A stretch of DNA of 64,000 nucleotides, taken from assembly GCA_011390575.1 (NCBI GenBank), contig JAABSE010000001.1, forward strand, positions 42,328 through 106,327. Direction: 5' to 3'. The position numbers and the translations under genes were made by a program. The notes beneath the pieces were generated by a model. The model was not told where the DNA came from and made no database searches. It worked only from the letters and a program-made list of their open reading frames with translations. Positions 1 through 12,234 of the stretch are shown in pieces. The stretch's first letter is position 1; the number at the start of each line of letters is the position of its first letter. Source of the DNA: Sphingobacteriia bacterium (lineage in GTDB: Bacteria > Bacteroidota > Bacteroidia > Bacteroidales > UBA7960).

Positions 1-465
1 GATTCAGAAGCAATGAGTGGTTTTGCTGCCACATTTTCCAATTTTCTGGGATTCTGGTATAACTTTACTTTTGCTACCCTGATTATTCTCTTTACCTACT
101 TCTATACAGCTATTACTGTTAATCCTAACCAGATGGCTGAGGATATGAAGAAGAACGGTGGTTTTATTCCGGGAGTGAAACCGGGAAAACGTACCGCCGA
201 ATTTATTGATAATGTAATGTCAAAGATTACCCTGCCTGGCTCTATTTTCCTTGCTTTTGTTGCTATTATGCCTGCAATTGTGAGTTTGATGGGTGTAACA
301 GGTCAGTTTGCACAGTTCTTTGGAGGTACTTCTCTGTTGATTATGGTAGGTGTAGTATTAGATACCTTACAGCAGATAGAAAGTCATCTGTTAATGCGTC
401 ATTACGATGGTTTGACCAAATCAGGCAGAATTAAAGGACGTTCATCCATGGGAATGACAGGTTAA
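1..465 (+). CDS. secY: Preprotein translocase SecY, C-terminal part (5' end outside window)
   Basis: FFGGTSLLIMVGVVLDT and GGFIPGVKPGKRT motifs; frame open from base 1; upstream of map-infA. Confidence 0.97.
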   Translation, partial: DSEAMSGFAATFSNFLGFWYNFTFATLIILFTYFYTAITVNPNQMAEDMKKNGGFIPGVKPGKRTAEFIDNVMSKITLPGSIFLAFVAIMPAIVSLMGVTGQFAQFFGGTSLLIMVGVVLDTLQQIESHLLMRHYDGLTKSGRIKGRSSMGMTG

Positions 466-476
466 TTTAACCTATA

Positions 477-1277
477 ATGATAGAATATAAATCCGAGAAA
501 GAAATAGAATTAATTCGGGAGAGTTCTTTGCTTGTTGCGAAAACTTTAGGCGAGGTTGCGAAAGTTATTCGACCGGGAATTAAAACCATTGAACTGGATA
601 AACTTGCAGAAGAGTTTATTCTTGATAATGGAGCTAAACCTGGTTTTAAAGGCTATCACGGTTTTAGCGGAAGCTTATGTATATCACCTAATGAACAGGT
701 TGTTCATGGTATCCCCGGACAAAGGGAACTTAAGGATGGTGACATTGTTTCTATTGACTGTGGAGTGTTAAAGAATGGCTTTTATGGCGACTCTGCCTTC
801 ACCTTTGCCATTGGAGAAATTGAGGAATCTGTCAGGCGGCTGTTGAATGTTACCCACGAATGTTTGCTACTAGGTATTGAACAAGCGGTAGAAGGTAATA
901 CACTGGGAGATATCTCATTTACTATCCAGGATCATGCTGAAAAAGCTGGATACACAGTAGTACGTGAATTGGTAGGTCACGGTTTAGGCCGTAACCTTCA
1001 TGAAGCACCTGAAGTACCTAATTTTGGCAAAAAGGGCAAAGGGTTGACCTTAAGAAAAGGATTGGTTATAGCCATTGAACCTATGATCAACCTGGGTAAG
1101 CGATTTGTTGTACAGGAAAAGGATGGCTGGACCATTCGTACTTCCGACCGTCAACCCTCGGCACACTACGAGCATACCATTTCCGTAGGAAAAGAAAAAG
1201 CCGATATTTTGTCATCGTTTTCGTATGTAAGAGAAGCGCTCAAATCTAATATAAACAACAAATTAATTATTGAATAA
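477..1277 (+). CDS. map: Type I methionine aminopeptidase
   Basis: VHGIP, GFYGDSA, GHGLG..HEAP, AIEPMI, SAHYEHT motifs; conserved synteny. Confidence 0.97.
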   Translation: MIEYKSEKEIELIRESSLLVAKTLGEVAKVIRPGIKTIELDKLAEEFILDNGAKPGFKGYHGFSGSLCISPNEQVVHGIPGQRELKDGDIVSIDCGVLKNGFYGDSAFTFAIGEIEESVRRLLNVTHECLLLGIEQAVEGNTLGDISFTIQDHAEKAGYTVVRELVGHGLGRNLHEAPEVPNFGKKGKGLTLRKGLVIAIEPMINLGKRFVVQEKDGWTIRTSDRQPSAHYEHTISVGKEKADILSSFSYVREALKSNINNKLIIE

Positions 1278-1279
1278 GT

Positions 1280-1498
1280 ATGGCAAAACAAGCCTCGATA
1301 CAACAAGACGGAACCGTAATAGAGTCATTGGGAAATGCAATGTTTCGTGTTGAATTGGAGAATGGACATATAATTACTGCCCATATCTCAGGGAAGATGC
1401 GCATGCACTATATCAAAATTCTACCCGGAGATAAGGTGAAGATTGAAATGTCGCCGTACGATTTATCCAAAGGTAGAATAACTTTTAGGTACAAGTAA
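1280..1498 (+). CDS. infA: Translation initiation factor IF-1
   Basis: [18 protein letters not shown] signature. Confidence 0.98.
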   Translation: MAKQASIQQDGTVIESLGNAMFRVELENGHIITAHISGKMRMHYIKILPGDKVKIEMSPYDLSKGRITFRYK

Positions 1499-1532
1499 TA
1501 AGTATAATCTGAACACAGTAAAAAACTGCCAA

Positions 1533-1649
1533 ATGAAAGTAAGAGTATCTGTAAAAAAAAGAAGCCCCGAATGTAAGATTGTACGTCGCAAGGGCAGGAT
1601 TTATGTAATCAACAAAAAGAACCCCAAGTTTAAACAACGTCAGGGATAA
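1533..1649 (+). CDS. rpmJ: 50S ribosomal protein L36 (below ORF-track cutoff)
   Basis: Translated by eye: [38 protein letters not shown]. Confidence 0.97.
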   Translation: MKVRVSVKKRSPECKIVRRKGRIYVINKKNPKFKQRQG

Positions 1650-1678
1650 TTTTGATAAAATTTTAATATTAGAAATAT

Positions 1679-2056
1679 ATGGCACGTATTGCAGGAATTG
1701 ATATCCCCAAGAACAAACGAGGTGAAATTGCCCTTACCTACATTTTTGGTATTGGCAAAAGCACAGCGCAGAAAATTCTGGTAGAAGCCGGTGTTGATGT
1801 TAGCATCAAAGTTCAGGACTGGAATGATGATCAAATTACCAATATTCGTAATATTATCAATGATAACTACAAAGTAGAAGGTGGTTTGCGTTCTGAAGTA
1901 CAGATGAACATTAAGCGCCTGATGGATATTGGATGCTACAGAGGTATACGTCACAGAATCGGGTTACCCCTCAGAGGTCAGAAGACCAAGAACAATGCCC
2001 GCACCCGCAAAGGGAAGAAAAAAACTGTGGCCAACAAGAAAAAAGCTACCAAATAA
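1679..2056 (+). CDS. rpsM: 30S ribosomal protein S13
   Basis: [10 protein letters not shown]...[28 protein letters not shown]. Confidence 0.98.
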   Translation: MARIAGIDIPKNKRGEIALTYIFGIGKSTAQKILVEAGVDVSIKVQDWNDDQITNIRNIINDNYKVEGGLRSEVQMNIKRLMDIGCYRGIRHRIGLPLRGQKTKNNARTRKGKKKTVANKKKATK

Positions 2057-2125
2057 AGTAATTATTTTTATTGAAGCCACTTATCTCCGGATAGGTTGCT
2101 TGATCAGAGAAATTTTAAGAAAATT

Positions 2126-2524
2126 ATGGCAAAATCAACCAAAGGAGCACGTAGTAGCAAGAAACGTGTAGTAAAAGTAGAGGCTGTAGGCCAGGCCCAC
2201 ATCTTTGCTTCTTTTAATAATATTATTATTTCCCTAACCAATAACAGCGGGCAGGTTATCTCCTGGGCTTCTGCAGGGAAAATGGGCTTTAAAGGTTCAA
2301 AGAAAAATACTCCGTATGCAGGACAGCTTGCCGCTACCGATGCTGCTAAAACTGCATATGACGCTGGTTTGCGCAAAGTAAAAGTGTTTGTTAAAGGACC
2401 CGGCTCAGGGAGAGAATCTGCAATCAGAACATTGCATTCTTCAGGTATTGAAGTCATTGAAATTATGGATGTTACTCCATTACCCCACAATGGTTGCAGA
2501 CCACCCAAAAGAAGAAGAGTTTAA
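2126..2524 (+). CDS. rpsK: 30S ribosomal protein S11 (start placed at ATG 2126)
   Basis: [37 protein letters not shown]. Confidence 0.98.
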   Translation: MAKSTKGARSSKKRVVKVEAVGQAHIFASFNNIIISLTNNSGQVISWASAGKMGFKGSKKNTPYAGQLAATDAAKTAYDAGLRKVKVFVKGPGSGRESAIRTLHSSGIEVIEIMDVTPLPHNGCRPPKRRRV

Positions 2525-2568
2525 TTCTAATCAAACACGATTTTTTAAAATAGTATTATAACAAGAAT

Positions 2569-3174
2569 ATGGCAAGATATAGAGGACCCAAGACAAAGAT
2601 TGCACGAAAATTTGGTGATGCGATTTTTGGTGCCGATAAAGCATTTGAAAAGAAAAAGTATCCTCCGGGGATGCATGGCGCTAACAAAAGAAGAAAAAAG
2701 CAGTCAGAATATGGTATTCAGCTGCAGGAAAAGCAAAAAGCGAAATATACCTATGGTTTGCTTGAAAAGCAGTTTGCTAACTTGTTTGAGAAAGCCACCC
2801 GTAAAAAAGGTATTACCGGTGAAATTTTGCTCCAGTTACTCGAAGCAAGACTTGATAATGTAGTTTACCGTTTGGGTATTGCACCCACACGAAGTGCTGC
2901 ACGTCAATTTGTAGGACACAGACACATTACCGTTAACGGAGAAGTGGTTAATATACCTTCTTACACAGTACGTCCCGGTGATGTTATCGGAGTAAGAGAA
3001 AAATCCAAAAGCCTTGAAGCGATTACCGATTCACTCAGTGGAAGATCCAATATCTTTGGCTGGCTGGAATGGGACGAGCAAAAAATGGAAGGCAAGTTTC
3101 TGAATATGCCTGAAAGGGACATTATTCCTGAAAATATCAAAGAACAGCTCATCGTCGAGTTGTACTCTAAGTAA
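2569..3174 (+). CDS. rpsD: 30S ribosomal protein S4
   Basis: MARYRGP..., [20 protein letters not shown]. Confidence 0.98.
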   Translation: MARYRGPKTKIARKFGDAIFGADKAFEKKKYPPGMHGANKRRKKQSEYGIQLQEKQKAKYTYGLLEKQFANLFEKATRKKGITGEILLQLLEARLDNVVYRLGIAPTRSAARQFVGHRHITVNGEVVNIPSYTVRPGDVIGVREKSKSLEAITDSLSGRSNIFGWLEWDEQKMEGKFLNMPERDIIPENIKEQLIVELYSK

Positions 3175-3219
3175 TAAACAATTGAATTGAGTTATCGTAA
3201 AAATAAAACCCACTGATAA

Positions 3220-4212
3220 ATGGCAATATTAGCTTTTCAAAAACCGGATAAAGTCATAATGCTCGAGTCTGATGGGAGCTTTGGAAAATTTGAATTCAGA
3301 CCCCTTGAACCGGGGTATGGAATTACCGTTGGTAATTCTCTCAGACGAATCCTGCTCTCTTCTCTTGAAGGTTTTGCCGTTACATCTATACGGATTGATA
3401 GTGTAGAACATGAGTTCTCCTCAATAAAAGGTGTTGTAGAAGATGTAACCGAAATCGTGCTTAACCTGAAGAAAGTCCGGTTCAGACAGAAAGTTGAAGA
3501 GGAGGATAGTGAAAAAGTAACCATCAATATATCGGGACAGGATGTATTTAAAGCCGGGGATCTGAATAACTCACTTTCTAATTTTCAGGTGATCAATACT
3601 GAAGAAGTTATCTGTAATATGGAACCTTCAGTCAATCTCAATATTGAGTTGACCATCGAAAAAGGAAGAGGGTATGTTCCTGCTGAAGAAAACAAACCGT
3701 TAAACCCGGTTATTGGGCAAATTGCAATAGATTCAATTTTCACGCCGGTGAAAAATGTTAAGTTTTTTGTTGAAAACTATCGTGTTGAACAAAAAACTGA
3801 CTATGAAAAGCTTGTAATTGAGATCCTTACCGATGGCTCTATTACTCCCAAAGAAGCTCTGAAAGAGGCAGCAAAGATCCTCATTTTCCACTTTATGCTT
3901 TTCTCTGACGAAAAGATAACCCTGGATGCTGAAGAAAAAGCTACCAGCGAAGAGTTTGATGAGACTTCACTACACATGCGCCAGTTGCTTAAAACCAAAC
4001 TGGTTGACCTGGACCTTAGTGTCAGGGCACTCAACTGCCTGAAAGCAGCTGACGTGGAAACACTGGCTGATCTCGTATCACTCAACAAGCATGACCTTCT
4101 CAAATTCAGGAATTTTGGTAAAAAATCTCTTACTGAACTTGAAGAACTTATTAAGTCCAAAAACCTTAGTTTTGGCATGAATCTTTCAAAATACAAATTA
4201 GATAAGGACTAA
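3220..4212 (+). CDS. rpoA: RNA polymerase alpha subunit
   Basis: [41 protein letters not shown]. Confidence 0.98.
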   Translation: MAILAFQKPDKVIMLESDGSFGKFEFRPLEPGYGITVGNSLRRILLSSLEGFAVTSIRIDSVEHEFSSIKGVVEDVTEIVLNLKKVRFRQKVEEEDSEKVTINISGQDVFKAGDLNNSLSNFQVINTEEVICNMEPSVNLNIELTIEKGRGYVPAEENKPLNPVIGQIAIDSIFTPVKNVKFFVENYRVEQKTDYEKLVIEILTDGSITPKEALKEAAKILIFHFMLFSDEKITLDAEEKATSEEFDETSLHMRQLLKTKLVDLDLSVRALNCLKAADVETLADLVSLNKHDLLKFRNFGKKSLTELEELIKSKNLSFGMNLSKYKLDKD

Positions 4213-4217
4213 TTGAA

Positions 4218-4844
4218 ATGAGACACAGAAAGAAAATAAATCATTTGGGAAGAAAATCTCAGCACCGCAAGGCAATGCTGTCCAATATGGCTTCTTCCCT
4301 TATCATGAATAAAAGAATTTTCACTACCCTTGCCAAAGCGAAAGCTTTGAGAGTTTATGTGGAACCTCTGATCACCAAATCTAAAGAAGACTCTACCCAT
4401 TCACGCAGAACCGTTTTTTCTTATCTGCAGGATAAGCAAGCTGTCAGTGAATTGTTCAGAGAAGTTTCACAGAAAATTGCCGACAGACCCGGAGGGTATA
4501 CCCGTATTCTTAAAACAGGTTTCAGAAAAGGTGATGCTGCTGAGATGTGCTTTATCGAACTGGTTGATTACAATACCAATATGCTGAAAACAGCTGAGGA
4601 CGAAACCAAAAAGACACGCAGAAGTCGCAGAGGTAAAAAATCATCGGCTACAACCGCTGAGAAACCTGCTGCTCCTGTTGCTGAAGAAACAACTCCTGAA
4701 CAACCCGAAGCAGAAGTGAAAGAGGAGGTGAAAGCAGATGCTTCTGCCGAAGAAACGACTGAAACTCCTGCTGAAGAAACCTCTGAATCACCTGAGGCTT
4801 CTAAGGAAGAAAAGGAAGAAGACAACAAGAAAAAGGAAGAATAG
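4218..4844 (+). CDS. rplQ: 50S ribosomal protein L17 with acidic low-complexity C-terminal extension
   Basis: [24 protein letters not shown]; E/A/T/P-rich tail. Confidence 0.97.
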   Translation: MRHRKKINHLGRKSQHRKAMLSNMASSLIMNKRIFTTLAKAKALRVYVEPLITKSKEDSTHSRRTVFSYLQDKQAVSELFREVSQKIADRPGGYTRILKTGFRKGDAAEMCFIELVDYNTNMLKTAEDETKKTRRSRRGKKSSATTAEKPAAPVAEETTPEQPEAEVKEEVKADASAEETTETPAEETSESPEASKEEKEEDNKKKEE

Positions 4845-4944
4845 TCAGTTTCTGACCTGTATCCTTTTACAATGTTGTACTGATGACAATCAGATTTAAA
4901 TCCCGGTTTTTCTAACACGCAGAAAGGCAAAGGGTACACAACCG

Positions 4945-4982
4945 AAAAGAGGATAAAGTGAAAAGCTTTATCCTCTTTTTTT
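4945..4982 (+). terminator. Intrinsic terminator of the alpha operon
   Basis: AAAAGAGGATAAAG-tgaaaag-CTTTATCCTCTTTT followed by T tract. Confidence 0.85.
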
Positions 4983-5033
4983 ATAATTTGAACAATTTAT
5001 TTTTTTAAAATAAATTTGTATATTGGAATTTAA

Positions 5034-6356
<1,323 letters not shown>

Positions 6357-6380
6357 ATCTTTTATCCCGGCGATAAAACC

Positions 6381-6419
6381 ACCAGAGGGAGGCCCGCAAA
6401 GCCTCCCTCTGGTATTTTG
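6381..6419 (+). terminator. Intrinsic terminator after eno
   Basis: ACCAGAGGGAGGC-ccgcaaa-GCCTCCCTCTGGT then ATTTT. Confidence 0.85.
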
Positions 6420-6539
6420 TGGGTATGCCAATTACAGTTAAATCAGAAACCGGAGCTAAGCTCTTTTCTACCTACCATCATTGAATTTCATACTTTTGCC
6501 TTCCCTTGCAATTAAAGATTATTTTCAATTCTTTTTCGA

Positions 6540-7832
6540 ATGACTAAATTATACATAAAGACTACATTGCTGGTGTTTTTGCTGGCAACTTCTGTAGTTT
6601 CAGCACAGGATACCCTGAGAATGATGCAGTACAACCTCTTGTTTTATGGATACTACACTGACTCTTGTACGCCTGAAAACAATAATGCTGACCAGAAAGA
6701 TCAGTATCTGAAAACTATACTCGGGCAGTTTCATCCTCATATATTTGTTGTGAATGAAATGGGAACCGGAGCACACAATGTGACCCGGTTGAGAGATAAT
6801 GCACTTAATGTTGATGGGATTAATTATTATGAACATGCGACCTACACCAATTCTACCAACAGCTGGTTTGCCAATGCATTGTATTATGATACGAGAAAAT
6901 TTGGATTGATTCATGAAGCTGTACCGGGCTCTCTTGTGCGCGATATTAACCTTTACACCCTTTATTACAAATCAGAAGATCTTGCTGTAACCGGCGATAC
7001 AATTTTTCTGACCTGCATTGTAGCACATCTTAAAGCCGGGCAAAGTTCTTCGGATCAACAAACCCGCACCAGCATGGTTAACAATGTAATGTCTTACCTT
7101 GAAACGAATAATTATTCGGGCAATATTCTGTTTATGGGTGATTTTAATATGAAATCATCCTTCGAACAGGCCTACCAGCGTATGGTTTCGCATGCCAACT
7201 CTGAGATCAGGTTTTATGATCCTATTGCCATTACAGGAGTATGGGGGAATAATCCGGATATGGCGGCCTATCATACTCAAAGTCCGCGAACCGGAAGCCA
7301 CGATTGCTTTGTTACCGGGGGACTGGACGACAGATACGACTTTATTCTTGCTTCCAATTCCATCATGCAGGGACTGGATGGTTTTCAATATGTGGAGAAT
7401 AGTTATACCACCATAGGGCAGGACGGAAATCGCTTTAATCAATCCTTGATAAGCCCTCCCAATTACAGCCAGCCGCAGGAAGTACTATCAGCCTTGTACA
7501 ATATGTCGGATCATTTGCCTGTGATGATGGATGTGATAGTTTCTTCACCCGTGAGTATTCCTTCGGTACCAGGAGACTTTAATTTGTCTGTTTCCTTTCA
7601 AAACCCCGTAGAAGACAGGTTGAAATTTGAAGTAAGGAATGGTAAATCAGGAGAAATGAATGTTTCTTTTTATGCTTTGACGGGTTCTCTGGCTTACGAG
7701 GAAAGCCTGGTTAAGAGCGCCGGAACTGTAACCTTTGAAATTGAGATTGATGATCTTCCTTCAGGTATTTATCTGATGCGAATTGATCTGTCAGGAGAAG
7801 CAACGTTTTCTGACAAAGTTGTTAAACTGTAA
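6540..7832 (+). CDS. Secreted endonuclease/exonuclease/phosphatase-domain protein with T9SS C-terminal sorting domain
   Basis: Signal peptide; YN, AHLKA, GDFN, YDFIL, SDHLPV EEP motifs; NPV...LPSGIYL...KVVKL CTD. Confidence 0.85.
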   Translation: MTKLYIKTTLLVFLLATSVVSAQDTLRMMQYNLLFYGYYTDSCTPENNNADQKDQYLKTILGQFHPHIFVVNEMGTGAHNVTRLRDNALNVDGINYYEHATYTNSTNSWFANALYYDTRKFGLIHEAVPGSLVRDINLYTLYYKSEDLAVTGDTIFLTCIVAHLKAGQSSSDQQTRTSMVNNVMSYLETNNYSGNILFMGDFNMKSSFEQAYQRMVSHANSEIRFYDPIAITGVWGNNPDMAAYHTQSPRTGSHDCFVTGGLDDRYDFILASNSIMQGLDGFQYVENSYTTIGQDGNRFNQSLISPPNYSQPQEVLSALYNMSDHLPVMMDVIVSSPVSIPSVPGDFNLSVSFQNPVEDRLKFEVRNGKSGEMNVSFYALTGSLAYEESLVKSAGTVTFEIEIDDLPSGIYLMRIDLSGEATFSDKVVKL

Positions 7833-7873
7833 TTTTTTGTAGAATGTATTGAGAGTTATTTGTACTTTTAGCT

Positions 7874-7912
7874 TTCACATTTATTTAATAGTCTCTTAAC
7901 CTAAACTTAACA
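7874..7912 (+). promoter_or_regulatory. Putative Pho-box-like tandem repeats upstream of the phosphate transporter
   Basis: TTCACA/TTAATA/TTAACC/TTAACA at 7874, 7885, 7896, 7907 (11-bp period). Confidence 0.55.
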
Positions 7913-7976
7913 CAGGATCAGGTTAACCAGCATGGGAAAGGTTTATTTTTGCCAAGAAAATTAAACTTAATATTAG

Positions 7977-10226
7977 ATGGACAACATTTACCTATTCTTT
8001 GTTATCGCCCTCTTTATTTTAGCCATTTCTGACCTTGTTGTTGGTGTTGGAAATGATGCTGTTAACTTTTTAAATTCCGCCATAGGCTCTAAGGTTGCTC
8101 CTTATAAAGTAATTTTAGCTATTGCCGGTGCCGGGGTCCTGGTAGGGACCACTTTTTCCAGTGGAATGATGGAGGTTGCCAGAAGTGGTGTGTTTTTCCC
8201 TGACCAGTTTTATTTTAATGAAATAATGATTTTATTTCTGGCGGTTATGATTACCGATATCATATTGCTGGATACCTTTAATACTTTCGGTTTACCTACC
8301 TCTACTACAGTATCTATTATTTTTGAATTGCTGGGAGCTGCTGTTGCTGTATCTTTATTTAAGATTTATATGTCTTCAGACAGTATCCAGGATCTGGGCA
8401 ATTATATTAATTCAGCGAGGGCCTTAACGATTATTTCCGGAATTCTGTTATCTGTGGTAGTCGCATTTACTGTGGGTGCCATTGTGCAGTTTTTGTCCAG
8501 GGTATTGTTTACGTTTAATTTTGAAAGGAATCTGCCCTATTTTGGTGCATTGTGGGGAAGCCTTGCCATAACTTCCATCATTTATTTCATTCTTGTAAAA
8601 GGAGCCAGCGGATCCTCATTTATGACAGAGCAGAATGTGCAATGGATCTCTGATAATACTTTTCTCTTGTTGTCTTCATGTTTTGTTGTGTTTGCTGTTA
8701 TTTCGCAAATCTTAATTTCGCTTTTCAAGGTCAATATTCTCAGGGTCATTGTATTAATTGGTACCTTTTCTATTGCCATGGCCTTTGCCGGCAATGACCT
8801 GGTGAATTTTATCGGTGTACCCCTTGCAGGTTATGAATCTTATCTGTTTTTCATCAACGACCCTACTTTGGATCCTACTACCTACACTATGGAGTCGTTG
8901 CTTGAACCGGTAAGGACGCCAACGTACTTTTTATTGGGAGCAGGGATTATTATGATACTTGCCTTATTCTTTTCCAAAAAAGCCCGTTCGGTTACTCAGA
9001 CAGAGGTGGATCTTGCCCGGCAAACTGAAGGATATGAAAGATTCTCTTCATCTGTTTTTGCCCGCACCCTTGTTAGAAAGGCTATAGATTTTAGCCAGGT
9101 ATTACAAAAAATACTACCAGGAAGTTTTTTCCGGTTTCTCGATAAGCGTTTTGATGAATCATTATCCAAAAGAAGAAAAAAAATCAGGAAAGATGATGCA
9201 CATTTTGACCAGGTCAGGGCTTCAGTAAACATGTTTGTTGCCAGTATCCTGATAGCATTGGCTACTTCCTTAAAATTACCATTGTCTACTACTTATGTGA
9301 CGTTTATGGTGGCCATGGGGTCTTCCTTTTCTGACCGTGCCTGGGGCAGGGAAAGTGCAGTTTATCGCATAACCGGTGTTATTACCGTAATAGGAGGATG
9401 GTTCTTTACTGCTTTCACTGCCTTTTCTGCTGCTTTTATTTTTGCATTATTCATTAGCTGGGGCGGTATAACAGCAGCAATAATTGCCATCATAATTGCA
9501 TTTGGTTTTGTTATCCGTACCAATTTTATTCATAAACGCAGAAGTGAATCCAAGAAAAAAGAAGAGGCCAAACTTACCAGGGAATGGGACGAAGAGAGCG
9601 TAATGAAAGAATGTAAGCTCAATATTAAAAATACACTTCTGGTAGTCAGAGACGTTCATCCTGGAGTTATTAACTCCTTTACACGGGAAGAACGCAAAAA
9701 ACTAAAGAAAGCCAACAAGAAAATCAAAGATTTGAATGTGTACACAAAGGGGTTGAAGAAGGATGTATATATAACCCTGAAAAAGCTTGAAGAGGATTAT
9801 GTTGATACAGGACATCATTATGTTCAGGTCCTTGATTATTTGAGAGAAATTGCCCATTGTCTTAATTTTATCATTGAGCCTTTATATGAACATGTTGAGA
9901 ATAATCATGCTACTACTATTCCGGAACAAACCAAAGAACTTACCCAGCTAAGTAGTGGGATGAGTGAATTATTTGGAATGATACTCTCCATTATAGAGTC
10001 CAATGATTTTGAACAAATGCCAAAGGTGATTGAATTGAATAATGCACTGCTGGATAAAATTGAGAGAATTAAATTGCTCCAGATTAAACTGATCAAGGCA
10101 GAGAAAATTGGTACCAGAAACAGTATGGTGGTCTTTAATTTGCTTACCGAAACCAAAAATGTTTTATTGCACACGGTAAATGTTCTTAAATCACACAGAG
10201 ACTTTTACCTTAGGAATGGGTATTGA
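7977..10226 (+). CDS. PiT-family inorganic phosphate transporter with PhoU-like helical C-terminus
   Basis: GVGNDAVN and FAGNDLVN repeats, GLPTSTT, LPLSTTY. Confidence 0.9.
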   Translation: MDNIYLFFVIALFILAISDLVVGVGNDAVNFLNSAIGSKVAPYKVILAIAGAGVLVGTTFSSGMMEVARSGVFFPDQFYFNEIMILFLAVMITDIILLDTFNTFGLPTSTTVSIIFELLGAAVAVSLFKIYMSSDSIQDLGNYINSARALTIISGILLSVVVAFTVGAIVQFLSRVLFTFNFERNLPYFGALWGSLAITSIIYFILVKGASGSSFMTEQNVQWISDNTFLLLSSCFVVFAVISQILISLFKVNILRVIVLIGTFSIAMAFAGNDLVNFIGVPLAGYESYLFFINDPTLDPTTYTMESLLEPVRTPTYFLLGAGIIMILALFFSKKARSVTQTEVDLARQTEGYERFSSSVFARTLVRKAIDFSQVLQKILPGSFFRFLDKRFDESLSKRRKKIRKDDAHFDQVRASVNMFVASILIALATSLKLPLSTTYVTFMVAMGSSFSDRAWGRESAVYRITGVITVIGGWFFTAFTAFSAAFIFALFISWGGITAAIIAIIIAFGFVIRTNFIHKRRSESKKKEEAKLTREWDEESVMKECKLNIKNTLLVVRDVHPGVINSFTREERKKLKKANKKIKDLNVYTKGLKKDVYITLKKLEEDYVDTGHHYVQVLDYLREIAHCLNFIIEPLYEHVENNHATTIPEQTKELTQLSSGMSELFGMILSIIESNDFEQMPKVIELNNALLDKIERIKLLQIKLIKAEKIGTRNSMVVFNLLTETKNVLLHTVNVLKSHRDFYLRNGY

Positions 10227-10291
10227 TAAATTGGGTTTATCCCTGATTTCTTGATATTTATAACTTATTGATTTTATTTTGTCGCTAATGT

Positions 10292-10322
10292 CAAAGGCCT
10301 GGAAGTATCTTTCGGGCCTTTG
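10292..10322 (+). terminator. Possible terminator hairpin
   Basis: CAAAGGCCTGGA...TTCGGGCCTTTG; weak U tract. Confidence 0.45.
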
Positions 10323-10527
10323 GCGGCTTTGGTTCAATATAAAAGCGTTTTTTTCAATATTAATTTATTGTTAAGCTATAGCGCCCTGATTAGTTTTATT
10401 ATTTTTGCAATCCCATTTACAGCTAATATATTTTGAGAGGTAATACAAAAAGGGGCCTGGTGAAAAGTTACAGTTGCCTTCCATGAGTTTTCATAGAGGA
10501 GCAGAATAATAACCTAAGAATTGTAGG

Positions 10528-12228
10528 ATGAATTTTAGTTTTATTGATTTTCTGACCTTGTTTGGAGCGCTAAGCTTGTTTCTCTTTGGAATGAAGGTGA
10601 TGAGTGAAGGCATCCAAAAGCTTGCCGGAGATAAAATGCGCGGATTTCTCAGCGCTATGACCTCCAACCGATTTTTGGGTGTATTGACTGGTTTTTTCGT
10701 AACTACACTCGTGCAGTCTTCTTCAGCTTCTACAGTGATGGTAGTGAGCTTTGTTAATGCCGGACTGTTAAATCTTGTACAATCTGTTGGTGTTATCATG
10801 GGCGCCAATATAGGCACCACAACCACCGCCTGGCTGATTTCTTTTCTGGGGTTTAAACTCAATATTGCAGCTCTGTCGCTCCCCATTATCGGTATTGCAT
10901 TCCCCATGCTTTACTTCAGCAAGGATAAGATGACTTCACTGGGGGAAACATTGCTGGGATTTGCCCTTTTATTTATGGGATTAGGCTTGCTGCAGAGCTC
11001 TGTTCCGGATTTAAGAGAGAATCCGCAGATGTTTGAGGCGCTGCAAAACCTGACTGATTATGGGTTTGGAAGTATATTAATATTTCTGGGGATTGGGACT
11101 TTGCTTACTATCGTGCTGCAATCTTCCAGTGCTACCATGGCACTTACCCTGGTTATGTGCAATAATGGATGGATTGGCTTCGAGCATGGTGCTGCAATTG
11201 TTCTGGGTGAAAATATCGGTACCACCATTACGGCCAATCTTGCTGCTCTCGTGGGAAATGTGCATGCCAAACGCACAGCTCTTGCCCATACCTTGTTTAA
11301 TATTTTCGGGGTTGTCTGGATGCTTTTGATTTTCAGAATCTTTATCGGACAGATTGATGCTTATATGGTTGGTATTGGGCTGAATTCCCCCATGGTAGAT
11401 GCTGCAATGGTTCCATTTGGTTTGGCGATTTTTCATACAGCCTTCAATATTACCAATACCTTACTGCTGATAGGGTTTATAAAATATATTGTGATGGGGG
11501 TGGAAAGGATTATTCCTTCCAAAGGAAAAACAGATGAACGGCATCAACTGGAGTATTTCGGACAAGGCTTTTTGCATATGTCGGAGTTGTCTGTTTTACA
11601 GGCCAAAAGAGAAACATTACGTTATTGTGATCTGGGCCAAAGGATGTTCAATTTCATTCCCGAAATGATATATCAGACCGACAAAAAGAAATTCGCTAAG
11701 TACCTGGCACGGGTGAGCAAGTACGAAGAGATTACCGATAGGGTAGAGGTTGAAATCACCACTTTTCTTATCAAGGTTTCGCGAAAACAACTTTCTTTAA
11801 ATGCTTCAGAGCAACTGCGCAGAATGAGACTGATTTGCAGTGAAGTGGAAAAAATCGGCGATATTTGTTTTAAAATGGCCACCCTTCTGGAAAAGAAAAG
11901 GGAAGAAAAAGCTTATTATACCCCAAAGCAAAGGGAAGCACTGGATAAAATGTTTGCCCTGGTCAATGAAGCTTTTGATGAAATGATGCTGAATGTGGAA
12001 AGAGGTGAAGTTTTTGCCAGAACCAACATTAACAAGTCTTATGTGCTTGAAAAGAGAATCAATGAATTTCGCGATAAAGTAAGTGTTGGTGTGATTGATG
12101 ACCTGGAAAAGGGAGGTGCTCACGTAAAAAGTGGCTTTTACTTCAACAAAATGATTTCTTCCTGCGAAAAAGTGGGCGATTCTGTGCTAAATATCAATGA
12201 AGCTGCCGCAGGGGTGAATATAGAGTAA
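10528..12228 (+). CDS. Na+/Pi cotransporter (NptA/YjbB family)
   Basis: Two QSSSA motifs, GANIGTT/GENIGTT, PhoU-like C-terminal domain. Confidence 0.92.
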   Translation: MNFSFIDFLTLFGALSLFLFGMKVMSEGIQKLAGDKMRGFLSAMTSNRFLGVLTGFFVTTLVQSSSASTVMVVSFVNAGLLNLVQSVGVIMGANIGTTTTAWLISFLGFKLNIAALSLPIIGIAFPMLYFSKDKMTSLGETLLGFALLFMGLGLLQSSVPDLRENPQMFEALQNLTDYGFGSILIFLGIGTLLTIVLQSSSATMALTLVMCNNGWIGFEHGAAIVLGENIGTTITANLAALVGNVHAKRTALAHTLFNIFGVVWMLLIFRIFIGQIDAYMVGIGLNSPMVDAAMVPFGLAIFHTAFNITNTLLLIGFIKYIVMGVERIIPSKGKTDERHQLEYFGQGFLHMSELSVLQAKRETLRYCDLGQRMFNFIPEMIYQTDKKKFAKYLARVSKYEEITDRVEVEITTFLIKVSRKQLSLNASEQLRRMRLICSEVEKIGDICFKMATLLEKKREEKAYYTPKQREALDKMFALVNEAFDEMMLNVERGEVFARTNINKSYVLEKRINEFRDKVSVGVIDDLEKGGAHVKSGFYFNKMISSCEKVGDSVLNINEAAAGVNIE

Positions 12229-12234
12229 TAACTG

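Noticed and set aside
4590-4844. Acidic low-complexity tail of L17
   Set aside because: Common in Bacteroidota L17 proteins
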